This document shows, piece after piece, positions 38,740 through 49,563 of a stretch of 64,000 nt of DNA; the first letter of the stretch is position 1, and every line of letters begins with the position of its first letter. The DNA is from Mytilus californianus (lineage: Eukaryota), in NCBI RefSeq assembly GCF_021869535.1, contig NW_026262701.1, positions 71,796,001 through 71,860,000 of the forward strand, given 5' to 3'. The notes beneath the pieces were generated by a model, which made no database searches, was not told the origin of the DNA, and saw only the letters and a program-made list of their open reading frames with translations. The position numbers and the translations under genes were made by a program.

Positions 38740-39305
38740 CCTCTAACTCTATCCAAAAAAAAATTATATATATAATGATTTAATACACCAGTGACGACGA
38801 ACTTGAAAAACGCTCCTTCGAGTGAGGCGGTACGATTCTCCAAGACTCTCAACCCTGCCAAAAAAAAAATGCTGCTGTTCCCTTCTCGCTTCACCGGTGT
38901 CCCATTTAATACATTTACTACAGTGATCTGTTGAACGAATAGTCAGTCTGTTTGGGTTACAGCGTATAGATAAGTCCGTTGAGAATAATTTACCCTAAGA
39001 AATTTTACGGAAAATATTGCTTTTAACATGACCATTTTAATAACTAAATTTGAATAACTGTAAATAATATTAACAAATCTTAATTGAATATAAGAAAGCC
39101 GATTTTACTGTACGGTTTTCAGAAAGATCAAAATCGCATTTCAAAATCATCATACAAGTGTACCCCTCTTCTAAAAACTACGAATTAATATATTAGATAA
39201 ATCGGGCTTATTATTACCACCTCACTTGAAGGAGGGTTTTTTCGTCGTTACTGGTGTATAAAATCAATGGCCAACGGTTTTTTTTAAGCTGGATAGAGTT
39301 AGAGG
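38740..39305. mobile_element. ~570-bp element bounded by ~90-bp imperfect inverted repeats
   Basis: 38740-38833 (CCTCTAACTCTATCC..ATACACCAGTGACGACGAA..CTCCTTCGAGTGAGGCGGTA) is the reverse complement of 39215-39305. Confidence 0.65.
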
Positions 39306-41169
39306 GTAGCCTGATTTAAAGGGTTTCTTATCTTATATTATCTTATTACTTGCAAATACAACGGTAATAGCACTGACTTTCAGTCCATCCGTGGAACACG
39401 AAACCACAGATATGTGAATTTAAACCGTAAATGACTTATATTTGAGTGTAATAGTCCCAGATAAAACACACTCGAACTGTGACCAAATATACCCCGAAGT
39501 GTCTTGAACATTTTTGATGAAAATCTCACGAGAGCCTTTTGTTCAAGCGTTTGTCAATATGCCGAATCTTATAGCATAAAGTTTAACTAACTTACCAAAA
39601 ACCCCAAAAAACAAACAAATCAAAGCCCGCTTAAAACAACAATGAAAATCATTCACCAAAACCAGCAAAATATTTTGCGCCAAAAAATCGGGAGGATGAA
39701 CGTAAAATAAATTTTAACAAGTTGATGATAAAACATTAATTATGTGATATGCAGAGACTTACGATTTAATTGTTTTATAATAATAACAATAATTGAAATT
39801 AAATAGAAAATGCATGTTATTTCTAGTATAAATATGTAAATATAAAACAGAAAAACGCTGAAATAATTGAAATTAAAAGAAATGAAAAACAAAAATATAG
39901 ATTGGGGAAAAAAGGAATGTGCTAGAAAAGTGTCCTGTCCCAAGTACCTTTGTTTATACTATACCAATCATTGTACTAGTTGCGTTCAGAGTAAGATCTA
40001 CTGCATGCTCGTTTTAACCTTCTGTCCGACATTAAGGTATGCAGTACTTCCTACGACTCAAAGATCTTGTTACACGAGTATCATTGGATGCCAGAAATGG
40101 AAAGAAATCTTCAGCAACAGCCAATTGAGACATTACAGCACTTTTGCTAGACTCAGTCTTCAGTGTTCTATATTCTGCAAAACCTCAGCATATTGCAAAA
40201 TAATAATATTGAGTCCCTGACTAGAGACTTTTGTTATAAAATACGTATAGGTCGACTAACGTTGAACTTCTGAAGAATATAGAAATCAAGTGAACCAAAG
40301 GTGAATTGTGTGAATTCTAGGAGAGGATGATCATGGACATTAAAATTTTAGTATTTTATATATACATGATCTCTCTCCAATGACCATATATTGTAGCAAA
40401 AATGATGTTTTTAGATTTTAATCATTTCATACATGTATATTATTTTGCACCACTTGTCAACACATATTTGTTCCGCCTAACAGAAGTTTCCCCGCCAGGA
40501 AACTTTGTTATAAACAATACCATAATATTTGTTCCTCGGCGTTGGAACAACTTTCTATACAATTTATTCCGTTAGGAAAAAATACTGTAATATTTGTTCC
40601 TGAGTGAAAATAATATTACATCATGGGTATTTCTTCCATTTGGCCGAACTTCTACTATGAACGAACTTATATTTCATGACAAACAAACATTCATTCTCTT
40701 CAAGTTATGTTTTATTTTTGTCTTTGCACAAATTCAGTACAGAGCACGTCTACTGGATCACGTTTGATTTTATTTTTAAATTCATGACTTAAATTCTTTT
40801 TAAAATTAAGAAATTTGTTCACCTAAATATCTGTGTATTAAAATATTTTCTTTTATCCAATAAGTGGTGTTCCTAGGGTAAGAAGCTCATACAAAAGAAC
40901 GAAGGAAGAAACTCGGAATTTTAAGTAAGTTTGGTCATAGATAGGACTAGATATAATCATGATAGATATGGTTTGGTTGATAAATATTATAAAATAAAGC
41001 AATCAATAAATAACCAAATGAAACTATTAAAGATGCAAAACTGTTCTGTGTTTTTTTATTATGATTATTCGCACATAAAAAAGACTGCTATAAATCACTA
41101 CACTTCACGGTTGAGCGGATCTAGCAAGTCAGTGCGTGAAAATGGGGAGATAATTTCCGCTAGGTGGCA

Positions 41170-41197
41170 GCTCCTTGGCAACAACTGTTTACTTCCG
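41170..41197 (+). promoter_or_regulatory. RFX X-box-like site followed by a forkhead site and an ETS-like core, 75-100 bp upstream of the RSPH1 ATG
   Basis: GCTCCTTGGCAAC (41170-41182), TGTTTAC (41186-41192), ACTTCCG (41191-41197). Motif match plus gene context only. Confidence 0.65.
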
Positions 41198-41272
41198 CTT
41201 TTAGCTGCGTTTGGAGAACAACACATTAGTGCATTTATTTTACTATTACACCTGCTTACAGAAACCACCAAG

Positions 41273-41326
41273 ATGTCAGACTTAGGATCAGATGAAATGG
41301 AAGATGAGCAGCACCCATATATTGGG
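41273..41326 (+). CDS. RSPH1: RSPH1 exon 1 coding part (54 bp)
   Basis: ccaagATG TCA GAC TTA ... ATT GGG|gtttgt. Confidence 0.9.
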
Positions 41327-44300
41327 GTTTGTACATTTCGAATGATGCAAAAATACCATTTGCGCATTAATTAATTGAAAATAAATTTATAGTTTGTAAA
41401 TTGTACATTACCTGCCCCAATACTGTACATTTATATGAAAAGATTAGTACACTGTTAAGTATTTTTTGTGTAATATACATAGCTTAACTTACAATAAAAA
41501 TAAGGAGAAAATCTGAACTTAGAAAAATAAACAATATAAGATAACAATCAGGTATTGACTATTGAGGTAATATTATTAAGATTTTAAAAATTGTTTTCCA
41601 GGAGTATGAGGGAGGACGAAATGAAAATGATGAACGTCATGGATTTGGTAAAGCCACTCTGGCAAATCAAGATACATATGAAGGAATGTATGAAAAAGGA
41701 AAAAGAAATGGACAGGGAACATACAGGTAATACCATACTACTTCTCTGGAAGTTGAACCAGATTTGGATTTGCTAGTTTTTTTCATTGCCATGCAGCTGC
41801 TTGTTGACAGCAACGATTGAAATAGTAAATATTTTAAAATCAAACTCCGTGTTGAAGACAGTACTTTGACCTATAATGGTTTACTTTTATAAATTTTGAC
41901 TTGGATGGAGAGTTGTCTCATTGGCACTCATACCACATCTTCTTATGTCTATTAAGTAGATAATTGGTTCTGGACAAACATTTTCAGGCTTCTGACTCTG
42001 TAAATGTCCAACATACCCTTGGAAAGACAAAAAATGTACTACTACAAATGTACATGTACTTAACAGTCTCATGATAAACTTTTGAATCCTAAGGCCCTAG
42101 GCTTAATTTTACCAACATTTCAGTTAGATTCTTTGGATTGTAGAGTTGATGGTTACAGGTCTGAAAGCAATTTTATAAACCTGGGCTGGTGGGTCTGTGG
42201 CTCAGCATGATGACTGATACTAGCCTACTAGGATGGCAGATATTTGGTAATCTCACTCAAAGTTTTTTAAAAACTTATTAAAACTCTTGGCATGGTAGAA
42301 GCTTGACATATTGTGTAGACATTTGTCTACTTTTTAAAGACCATATGTCAAACTATAGAATTTTTTCTGGCTTTAGTTTGTTTTAAGGTTGATGTCTCCT
42401 TGACATAAGCTATACATTTCAAATTAGATCAAATATATATATTTGAAATATTAAATTTTCAGGCTCTTTTCATAATTTAGTTTGTATTTGATTTCTTTTT
42501 ATAAAAAAAAATCCTTTGATAAAGTTTAAGTTGAAGAAAAAAACATTTTAATAATATAACTTTATTCTTTTCAGATTTAGAAATGGTGCCAGATATATTG
42601 GTGAATATTCACAGAATCAAAAACATGGTCAGGGGACATTTATTTATCCAGATGGTTCAAAATATGAAGGTAGGTCAGCGTTTTAATAAATTTAGTCTCT
42701 TCTTAACCAACATGCAAAAAGGGAGACTTCAACATGCTTTTTCCGATAACATTGTCAACAATGTACTAGTTTATGATAAGGTCAGTTTAAGTTGAACCAC
42801 TAATGGTAAGTCCATGCTATTGGTGGGCAGTTGTATTACATGTAGCATTTGTGCATTTCATATTCATGGGGGTTATTCCTCTGATTTCTTGAGTCATGGT
42901 TTATTTACTTTGAAACTTTTGCATAGTTGATGTTAAAGTTTGTGCATTCAAGAACCAGAAGTTTGAAAAGCCTAAATATAAAACATTTCAGGGCCTTTAT
43001 TGAGAATTTAAAGTCTAGAGTACTGTATATTTACGAGAAGATCAAAATATTATATTTTATGTGTCATCTGACGTTTTTATTCTGTGTTTTAATATTACAT
43101 CATATCATTTATGCTTTTTCATGTAGGAAACTGGGTTAAGGATCAAAGATGTGGTTTTGGTAAATACACATATGTAAATGGTGATACATATGAAGGAGAA
43201 TGGCAAGATCATTTACGGCATGGTCAAGGCACTTACACATATGCTCAAACTGGTACAAAATATGTTGGACGATGGGTTCGAGGAAAGCGGGAAGGACATG
43301 GAGAGCTTATTCATGCAAATCATAAATATGTTGGTGTGTTTAAAGAAGACAAGGTAAACATTACAATTATTTACCAGTTTTGCAGTTTGTTAAGTTATAT
43401 CATAAGTTAAATATTTTTAAGTTTGAGACATATAAAAAACATAATGCATTTCATCATCTGACTTTCCATCATTAAAGATCAGACAGTGACCTCTATGTGT
43501 ATTTATTTGGTGAACTAATTGTCCCATTGACACCTTTTATTGATATTTCGAGTCAACGCAAATCATTTTTGAATGAATATAAAAATAGTCCTTTGCATAC
43601 CTGATTCTTTGTTCAGAAATTAACATAACTTCATTATTGGAATTTTTATATCCTTTTTCTAAAGCAGCTTGATAAATAATATATTTTAAATGTTCTTGTA
43701 TATAATTAAGAGTGTTTTATTTTGAATTTCAGCCACTAGGAAAAGGAAAATATGTTTTTGATATTGGTTGTGAACAACATGGAGAATACATACACATTGA
43801 ACAGGTAATTGTAACTGTAGTTATCTCCCTTTATAACTTACCCCAAAAAGGAAAATTTGATATTATCTTCACTGAAAAAAAAACAGTAAAAAATAACAAA
43901 ATGAACTCGTTTTCAGTTAACAAATTAATGAATCCTCTCTTACCTAGAATAAAAAGATATTTAATGGCAGATGCAAGTATATGTTTTGTACTTCATTTTT
44001 TACAGGTTTTAAAAATCAGCCAACTAAAATTAGGTGTTATTCCTATATATATATATAGCTATTTACACATGCTAAAACAACAGGTTAACATTTTAAAAAC
44101 TCTGCATTATGTATATTTTATTTCAAGATTTTCATTAAATAAATTTACAATTTGTTTTTCAGGAAAAAGAAGACAAAGCAGCTGATGACGAGGAAGCATC
44201 ACCAAATGTAACACCAAAATGGAATGCTGGTCAGGTGACAGCTATCCATCTACAGACGGAGGAGGAAGAGAGAGCAGAGGAAGAATCACAAGGTAATAAT

Positions 44301-46891
44301 TTGTTAAACCAGACTTTGTAATCATTTATTTATTAAGACCAAGGCCAAACAAAGTAAATTTTAAGCTTCTCAGACCAACTTTAACAAAATATTGAAACAA
44401 CATTGGATTACACTTTGAACATTTATGTGTAAAGTTATTTGATTACAACTGAAACATTAATACATGTATATAAGTGTATGAAAGATATAATTATTTAAAG
44501 AATTGAATACACACATTTTCTTACTCAATTGAGTACAAAAAAGTTGAGTTAGTCCTCAATAATTGAGTTTTTATTTCAAGTTTAATACTAAGTAGTTATT
44601 AGGCAGTTTTTAATTAGATGAGATAAGTCCTGAGAAGCTTAGCATTTAGGTTTTTTGGGCTTTTTACTAGTTTTTATAACAAATAACTAGACAAATATTA
44701 GCTATTAATTTTAGTGATTATGAAACTTCCAATATTTAAAATTCAAACTGCTGAAAGTATTTTATATTTGTTCCAAGTAATGAATAAATTCCTAATGCAT
44801 GTAAGATGCATGAGGAGACAGCATTGTGAAATTTTCTCCAAAAATGTTTGATTGAAGAAAACAAAAAAACAGTTAAGTTAATTTTGATATTTCACAAGGC
44901 AAATGATGAATACATGTAGCCATAAAAATAATCTTGTGTATTTACATACATATATAATTAAAATTGAAAAATATTTTCTCTTCAATATAAATCTTACTTG
45001 CCCTTGTAGCATTTTGGAATTATTGCATAAAATCTGGAAGTAAAATAATGATGAGAAATTTTTCCTAATAGCCAAATTGAGAAGAAAACAAATATTTAGA
45101 TAAATACAGCACTCTTCTATTGGGTTAGTCAGAATATGACAAACAATATTATTAGATAATCCATTATTGAAAGGGAGATAATCCAATATTGAAAGGGAGA
45201 TAATCACAAGTATTGTGAAAAATAACATTGACACTAATAATCACTCATGATCACATGATTGTCATTTGTGTATATTGCACTTTTTTGTTCACAGAATCAT
45301 AACAAACTTAGATTTTAAGGTAACATTTTCATTCTTTTAAGATGAAAAAAAGAACAGATAAAAGCATGATTGATGTCTGCATGGCTTGTTCCTATTTATT
45401 TGTTGTTATGTTTCAGGGTGTTTAATTAAAGCAGCATTTTTCGTTAATTGTTAAAAGTGAAATCATTAGATTATCTTTTCTTTTTTCAAGTTAAAATTCA
45501 TGATTACCTGGGAAAATATGTGAAAAAAATATTCATTGTGACACATTCACAAAGATCTGAAAGCATGGTAATGGCAGAAAGAATTAACAAAACCATTAGT
45601 TTTCTGCACCCTTATTGCACATTCATGCCATTATGATTTGGCTTAGTAGGTGTCAGTTTTGACCTGATATGTTTAATGACAAATCTCAAAATAAGGATTA
45701 CTATTGTTATTTCTGAAAATCAGTTGTCAAATTCATGTTCAATAATCAAATATTTAAAAAAGTAAAAAATTTCTGTGTCTAATTTAAAAAAAAAATTATG
45801 TTTTTAAGAATTAGTGTCTTCTGGTTGCTTGTTGTTGGTCACCATTATTTTCCTAATGTTTCAGCCAATGCATTTATTTACTCTAGCATATCTACTCCCA
45901 TATCCACACAGGGTAATCCAATCCAAAATCCTTGGAGGGATTATTAAAAAGTTTGTAACATTTGAGTTGGTTGGTAAAATCTGGATCCAATTCCCACTAT
46001 TAAAGCATAATTCCAATGTGGGAATCAGATCCATATTTTACTTGCCAACCATTACAAACTTTTCATTACTTGCTCCTCAGGATTTGGATCCCTCTGCGGT
46101 TTTTGATAGGGATCCCCAATAACCCATTTAGTTGTTATTTGAATCATTTGGGATTTGTCAAATTTTGCAGGGTTAACATGGCTGATATCAGTCATACCAC
46201 ATGTTTTATCAACTGTTTTGTGTCCTTTGCATGCTTTTCAAGTGTGGATGCTGATCACAGTTTTCACATCAATTTGTATGAAACCATATTTAATTTAAAT
46301 GAACTTTTCCATTCTCCTTCCCAGCATTTACCTTTGTTTTGTACCTGTTATAGTTAATTTAACATATTATATTTAAAGTAGAAATATTTTAGTCAAAAAG
46401 TCATGACAATGTTTTAAAGTGAAAAGAAGAATACCTTTACCAAACTACGAGATATAAAAAGAGAATTGGTTTGCATATCTTGAAAAATAAAAAATAAACT
46501 TTCTAACAAATGTACATGTATCATTGATACATTCATAATTTTTACATATACAAAATAAAACCTAACCATCTTATTTTTATATCGATTGAATATTTATATA
46601 TATTTCAAAATATTACTTATTCCAGTTTTGATAAGCCTCATTTTTACTAAGTTATGAACCTGTTTTGTAGGAGAACAACAATCTGAAGAACAGCAGGGAG
46701 AACAACAAGGAGAACAACAGAGTGAGCAGCCATCAGAACAACAACCAGAACAAACAACAGAGAGTAAAGAAGAGAAGCCTGCTGAAGAACAGCAACAAGC
46801 AGAAGGTGAAGAAAAGGAAGCAGAACCTGAACAAACACAAGAGGAAGAAAAAACAGAGGAACCAACTCAGGAACAAGCAGATGAAGATTGA
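41273..46891 (+). CDS. RSPH1: Radial spoke head protein 1 (MORN repeats), 307 aa. Exons 41273-41326, 41602-41726, 42575-42669, 43127-43353, 43733-43804, 44163-44292, 46671-46891
   Basis: Spliced translation [36 protein letters not shown]...[15 protein letters not shown]...[16 protein letters not shown]...[24 protein letters not shown].../...[10 protein letters not shown].../E,Q-rich tail* matches human RSPH1 as recalled ([31 protein letters not shown]). All introns are GT-AG and phase-consistent; CDS totals 924 nt. Confidence 0.96.
41602..41726 (+). CDS. RSPH1: RSPH1 exon 2 (125 bp)
   Basis: ttttccag|GAG TAT GAG ... TAC AG|gtaata. Confidence 0.94.
42575..42669 (+). CDS. RSPH1: RSPH1 exon 3 (95 bp)
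   Basis: ttttcag|A TTT AGA AAT ... TAT GAA G|gtaggt. Confidence 0.94.
43127..43353 (+). CDS. RSPH1: RSPH1 exon 4 (227 bp)
   Basis: atgtag|GA AAC TGG ... GAC AAG|gtaaac; consecutive MORN repeats. Confidence 0.95.
43733..43804 (+). CDS. RSPH1: RSPH1 exon 5 (72 bp)
   Basis: atttcag|CCA CTA GGA ... GAA CAG|gtaatt. Confidence 0.94.
44163..44292 (+). CDS. RSPH1: RSPH1 exon 6 (130 bp)
   Basis: tttttcag|GAA AAA GAA ... TCA CAA G|gtaata; contains PKW motif. Confidence 0.9.
45155..45205 (+). repeat. 22-bp tandem repeat, about 2.3 copies
   Basis: GATAATCCA(T/A)TATTGAAAGGGA twice, then GATAATC. Confidence 0.85.
45895..46112. other. ~220-bp degenerate foldback in RSPH1 intron 6
   Basis: Arms share ATCCAAA-TCCT, AAAGTTTGTAA, GTAAAAT-TGGATC and ATTCCCAC/GTGGGAAT; loop 45998-46017. 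Confidence 0.65.
46671..46891 (+). CDS. RSPH1: RSPH1 last coding exon (Glu/Gln-rich tail, TGA at 46889-46891)
   Basis: ttttgtag|GA GAA CAA CAA ... GAA GAT TGA; the phase matches exon 6, and purine-rich GAA/CAA codons stand out from the flanks. Confidence 0.85.
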
Positions 46892-47113
46892 TCTTAATCT
46901 ATCCTATAGTATTCATTAAATATTGACATTATTACTCATTTTGGTGAAAATGACAAAAAATTTAATAAGTGAAATGGATTCATATCATATAAACCAAGAG
47001 TGCGCTTTACAAAGAAATGCTATTTTACTGTGATATCAAATTGTTGTTCTCCTTAGGCATCTCAAGTTTACTTTGTAAATTTATCATTGAATTTATTATA
47101 TTATTTTATTAAG

Positions 47114-47119
47114 AATAAA
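47114..47119 (+). terminator. Candidate poly(A) signal of RSPH1
   Basis: AATAAA about 220 nt after the stop codon. The region is AT-rich, so chance matches are common. Confidence 0.45.
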
Positions 47120-47140
47120 TGTTATACACCTGTTACTGGA

Positions 47141-47765
47141 TTACTGATGCCCCAGCCGTAAGCAAAGGGGCCATTAACAGTAAGATAACATATTACCCTT
47201 GACCATCTGTCCATCTCTTCATCCTTCCGTCTTTCCGTCCATCCTTTTTTTGTTTCTGCACTCTTACTTAAGTTTTCCTCATCCAAATCTTATGAAACTC
47301 ATACACAATGCTAAAAACCAAAACTTGCAGACAGAGTTATAATTTGGGCTGTAAGTCACCTACCATTCTAGAGTTATGCCCCCTTATAACTTGGAAATTT
47401 ACATGAAAATTTTTTTCGTTTCCTCACCTTAAAGTTTTCTCCTCCAAATTCATAAAACTCATACACACTGCTAAGAACCAAACTCACAGACAGACTTCGA
47501 TTTGGGGTGTAAGTCACTCACCGTTCTAGAGTTATGCCTTTTGACAACTTGAAAAATTACTAATTTATTCTGTTTCTACACTCTATCTTGAGTTTTACTC
47601 ATCCAAATCTTATGAAACTCATACACAATGCTAAGAACCACAACACGCAGACAGAGTTTGAAATTGGGCAGTGAATCATTTACTGTTCTACAGCTATGCC
47701 TCTTTTTAACTTGGAAAATTTCAAAGCTTGAGCGGGGGTAGTATTGTCCTCAGACACAATCTTCT
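47141..47765 (-). mobile_element. HINE-like element with three tandem 160-bp core units
   Basis: Terminal hairpin ATGCCCC...GGGGCCAT (47147-47174), CCGTC/CCATC microsatellite at about 47200-47245, and AAACTCATACAC recurring at 47295, 47455 and 47615. Confidence 0.75.
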
Positions 47766-48040
47766 TTTATTTGTTGTTGCAATTATTTAGCAAGGTGAAT
47801 TGAAACTATACAATTAAGGATGGCACAAAAAGACCTTATCTCTATTTTCGAATCTGCAACGCTTAGAACTACTGACTTCATACAACAACCACTTTGCAAA
47901 TGTTGCGTAAATCATTTTCTCTTATGACCTCAAAATTTTACAGGAACGTCTATGATGGTTAGTAATGGCGGACAAATAGCAATAAGGTGTATGCTCTGAC
48001 CAACAATCAATTTCCTAAAGGGAAGCACGGCCAAGGAGTA

Positions 48041-48255
48041 AAAAGTAAAATAACAAAAATACTGAACTCTAATGAAAATTCAAAACGGAAAGTCCCTCAT
48101 CAAATGGCAAAATCAACGAATGGCAAAATCAAAAGCTCAAACACATCAAACTAATGGAAAACAACTGTCATATTCTTGACTTAGTACATGCATTTCCTTA
48201 TCTAGAAAATGGTGGATTAAACCTGGTTTTATAGGTAGCTAAACTTTACTTGTAT
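48041..48255. repeat. Family B copy with a short internal duplication
   Basis: AAATGGCAAAATCAAC-GAATGGCAAAATCAAA duplication at about 48102-48135. Confidence 0.8.
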
Positions 48256-48572
48256 TACAGTTGCATAAAATTCCATTATATTGACAAGTGTGAACAAAAC
48301 AAACAGACATGACAGGTAAAAATGTCAAAAATATGGGTACAGAGGTCAACATTGTGTTATCATCCCAATCACTATAAAAAAAAATCAAAGAAAAACAAAA
48401 TGGCATATAGACAAAGCACATAAAGTAAAAATGAAAGTAATATATTTATATCAACTAAAAACTTTTATGCTATTGAAAATAAGTGACTTGGAATAAAACC
48501 AAACTCAGTCTGTTTCTCATCTAAATTGTACTACTTCACATAATCAAAAATCAGATAACTGAAAGCATAGCA

Positions 48573-49563
48573 AATAAATTGCTTCGCCGAGCGCAGCTGG
48601 ATACAACAGCAGAGGTCCAACCCTGAAAGTTGGCAAAAATGGACACAATATTCGCACTTTATACAGGTCTGAATTTGTGCAATACACTATGCTGTTGCGT
48701 ATTAACCCCCTCCCCTCTCACACACATACACACATTTTTTTTTTGCAAAAAAATTTTTGGAGAATTTTTCTTTTTAATTACTGAAATGAAAAAAAAATTG
48801 ACCACCCACAATTTCTTTTTACCCCCCTCCCCCTTTTTTTCTCCCTCAAGATATGGTCATAATCACAATTCAAATTTCCAATGGAGTTTGTAACCATAAT
48901 TACCCATTTAAATTTACCATAGTGCTCACTTATTCTATTTTATAATAGAATTTAGAATATGGTGTCAAATCTTTCATATGGATTTTTTTGTAAAAAAAAA
49001 GATGCAACATTTGCCACCTTGTATTTGAATTACCTCCCTGACACTGCTTTTAAATTGTTCATTAACCATTACTTTATACATAATTTAAAAGCAGTGTAAG
49101 GGAGGTAATTCAAATGATGTATTTACACTGCTTTAAATTATGTTTTGTTCTTATGTATTTGTCCATTAACCAGGACACCTTGTTTTTTCCCCCTTTTTGC
49201 CCCTAATTTCTAAAAGGTTTGAGCCATAATCCCCCCCCCTCCAAATGCAAATCCTAACCATCCCTTTGTGGTATGGAAACTTGTGGTATAATTTCAGAGA
49301 GATCCATACACCGTTCCACAAGTTATTGTCTGGAAACAAGAAAAATGCTTATTTTTGGCACCGAATTCCTTAACTGTTGGTACCATAACCTCCAAAATTA
49401 ATCCCAACCTTCCTTTTGTGGTATTGAACCTTATCGTAAAATTTCATAGAGATCCATTCACTTAAAGTAAAGTTATTGTGCGAAAACCAATGTGTCTTCG
49501 GACGACGACGCCAACGTCATAACAATATACAACTGCTAAAATTTTTTTGCGATTGTATAAAAA
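48573..49563 (+). mobile_element. HINE-like element with two ~160-bp core units and a (GAC)n tract
   Basis: Related units near 49190-49340 and 49350-49490, GACGACGACG at 49501, terminal hairpin TATACAA...TTGTATA (49526-49559) plus an A-run. Confidence 0.65.
49023..49115. repeat. 34-bp inverted repeat (one mismatch) with a 25-nt loop
   Basis: ATTTGAATTACCTCCCTGACACTGCTTTTAAATT / AATTTAAAAGCAGTGTAAGGGAGGTAATTCAAAT. Confidence 0.9.

Noticed and set aside
40931-41272. N-terminal 114 codons of track ORF 40931..41374
   Set aside because: RSPH1 homology starts at Met 41273. The upstream part overlaps promoter motifs and is chance read-through.
43805-44185. 157-aa ORF 43712..44185
   Set aside because: Only 43733-43804 is an RSPH1 exon. 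The rest is AT-rich intron after a GT donor, and exon 6 is in another frame.
46647-46919. Overlapping ORFs 46722..46919 (+) and 46647..46865 (-)
   Set aside because: They are alternative-frame and antisense shadows of the low-complexity RSPH1 last exon.
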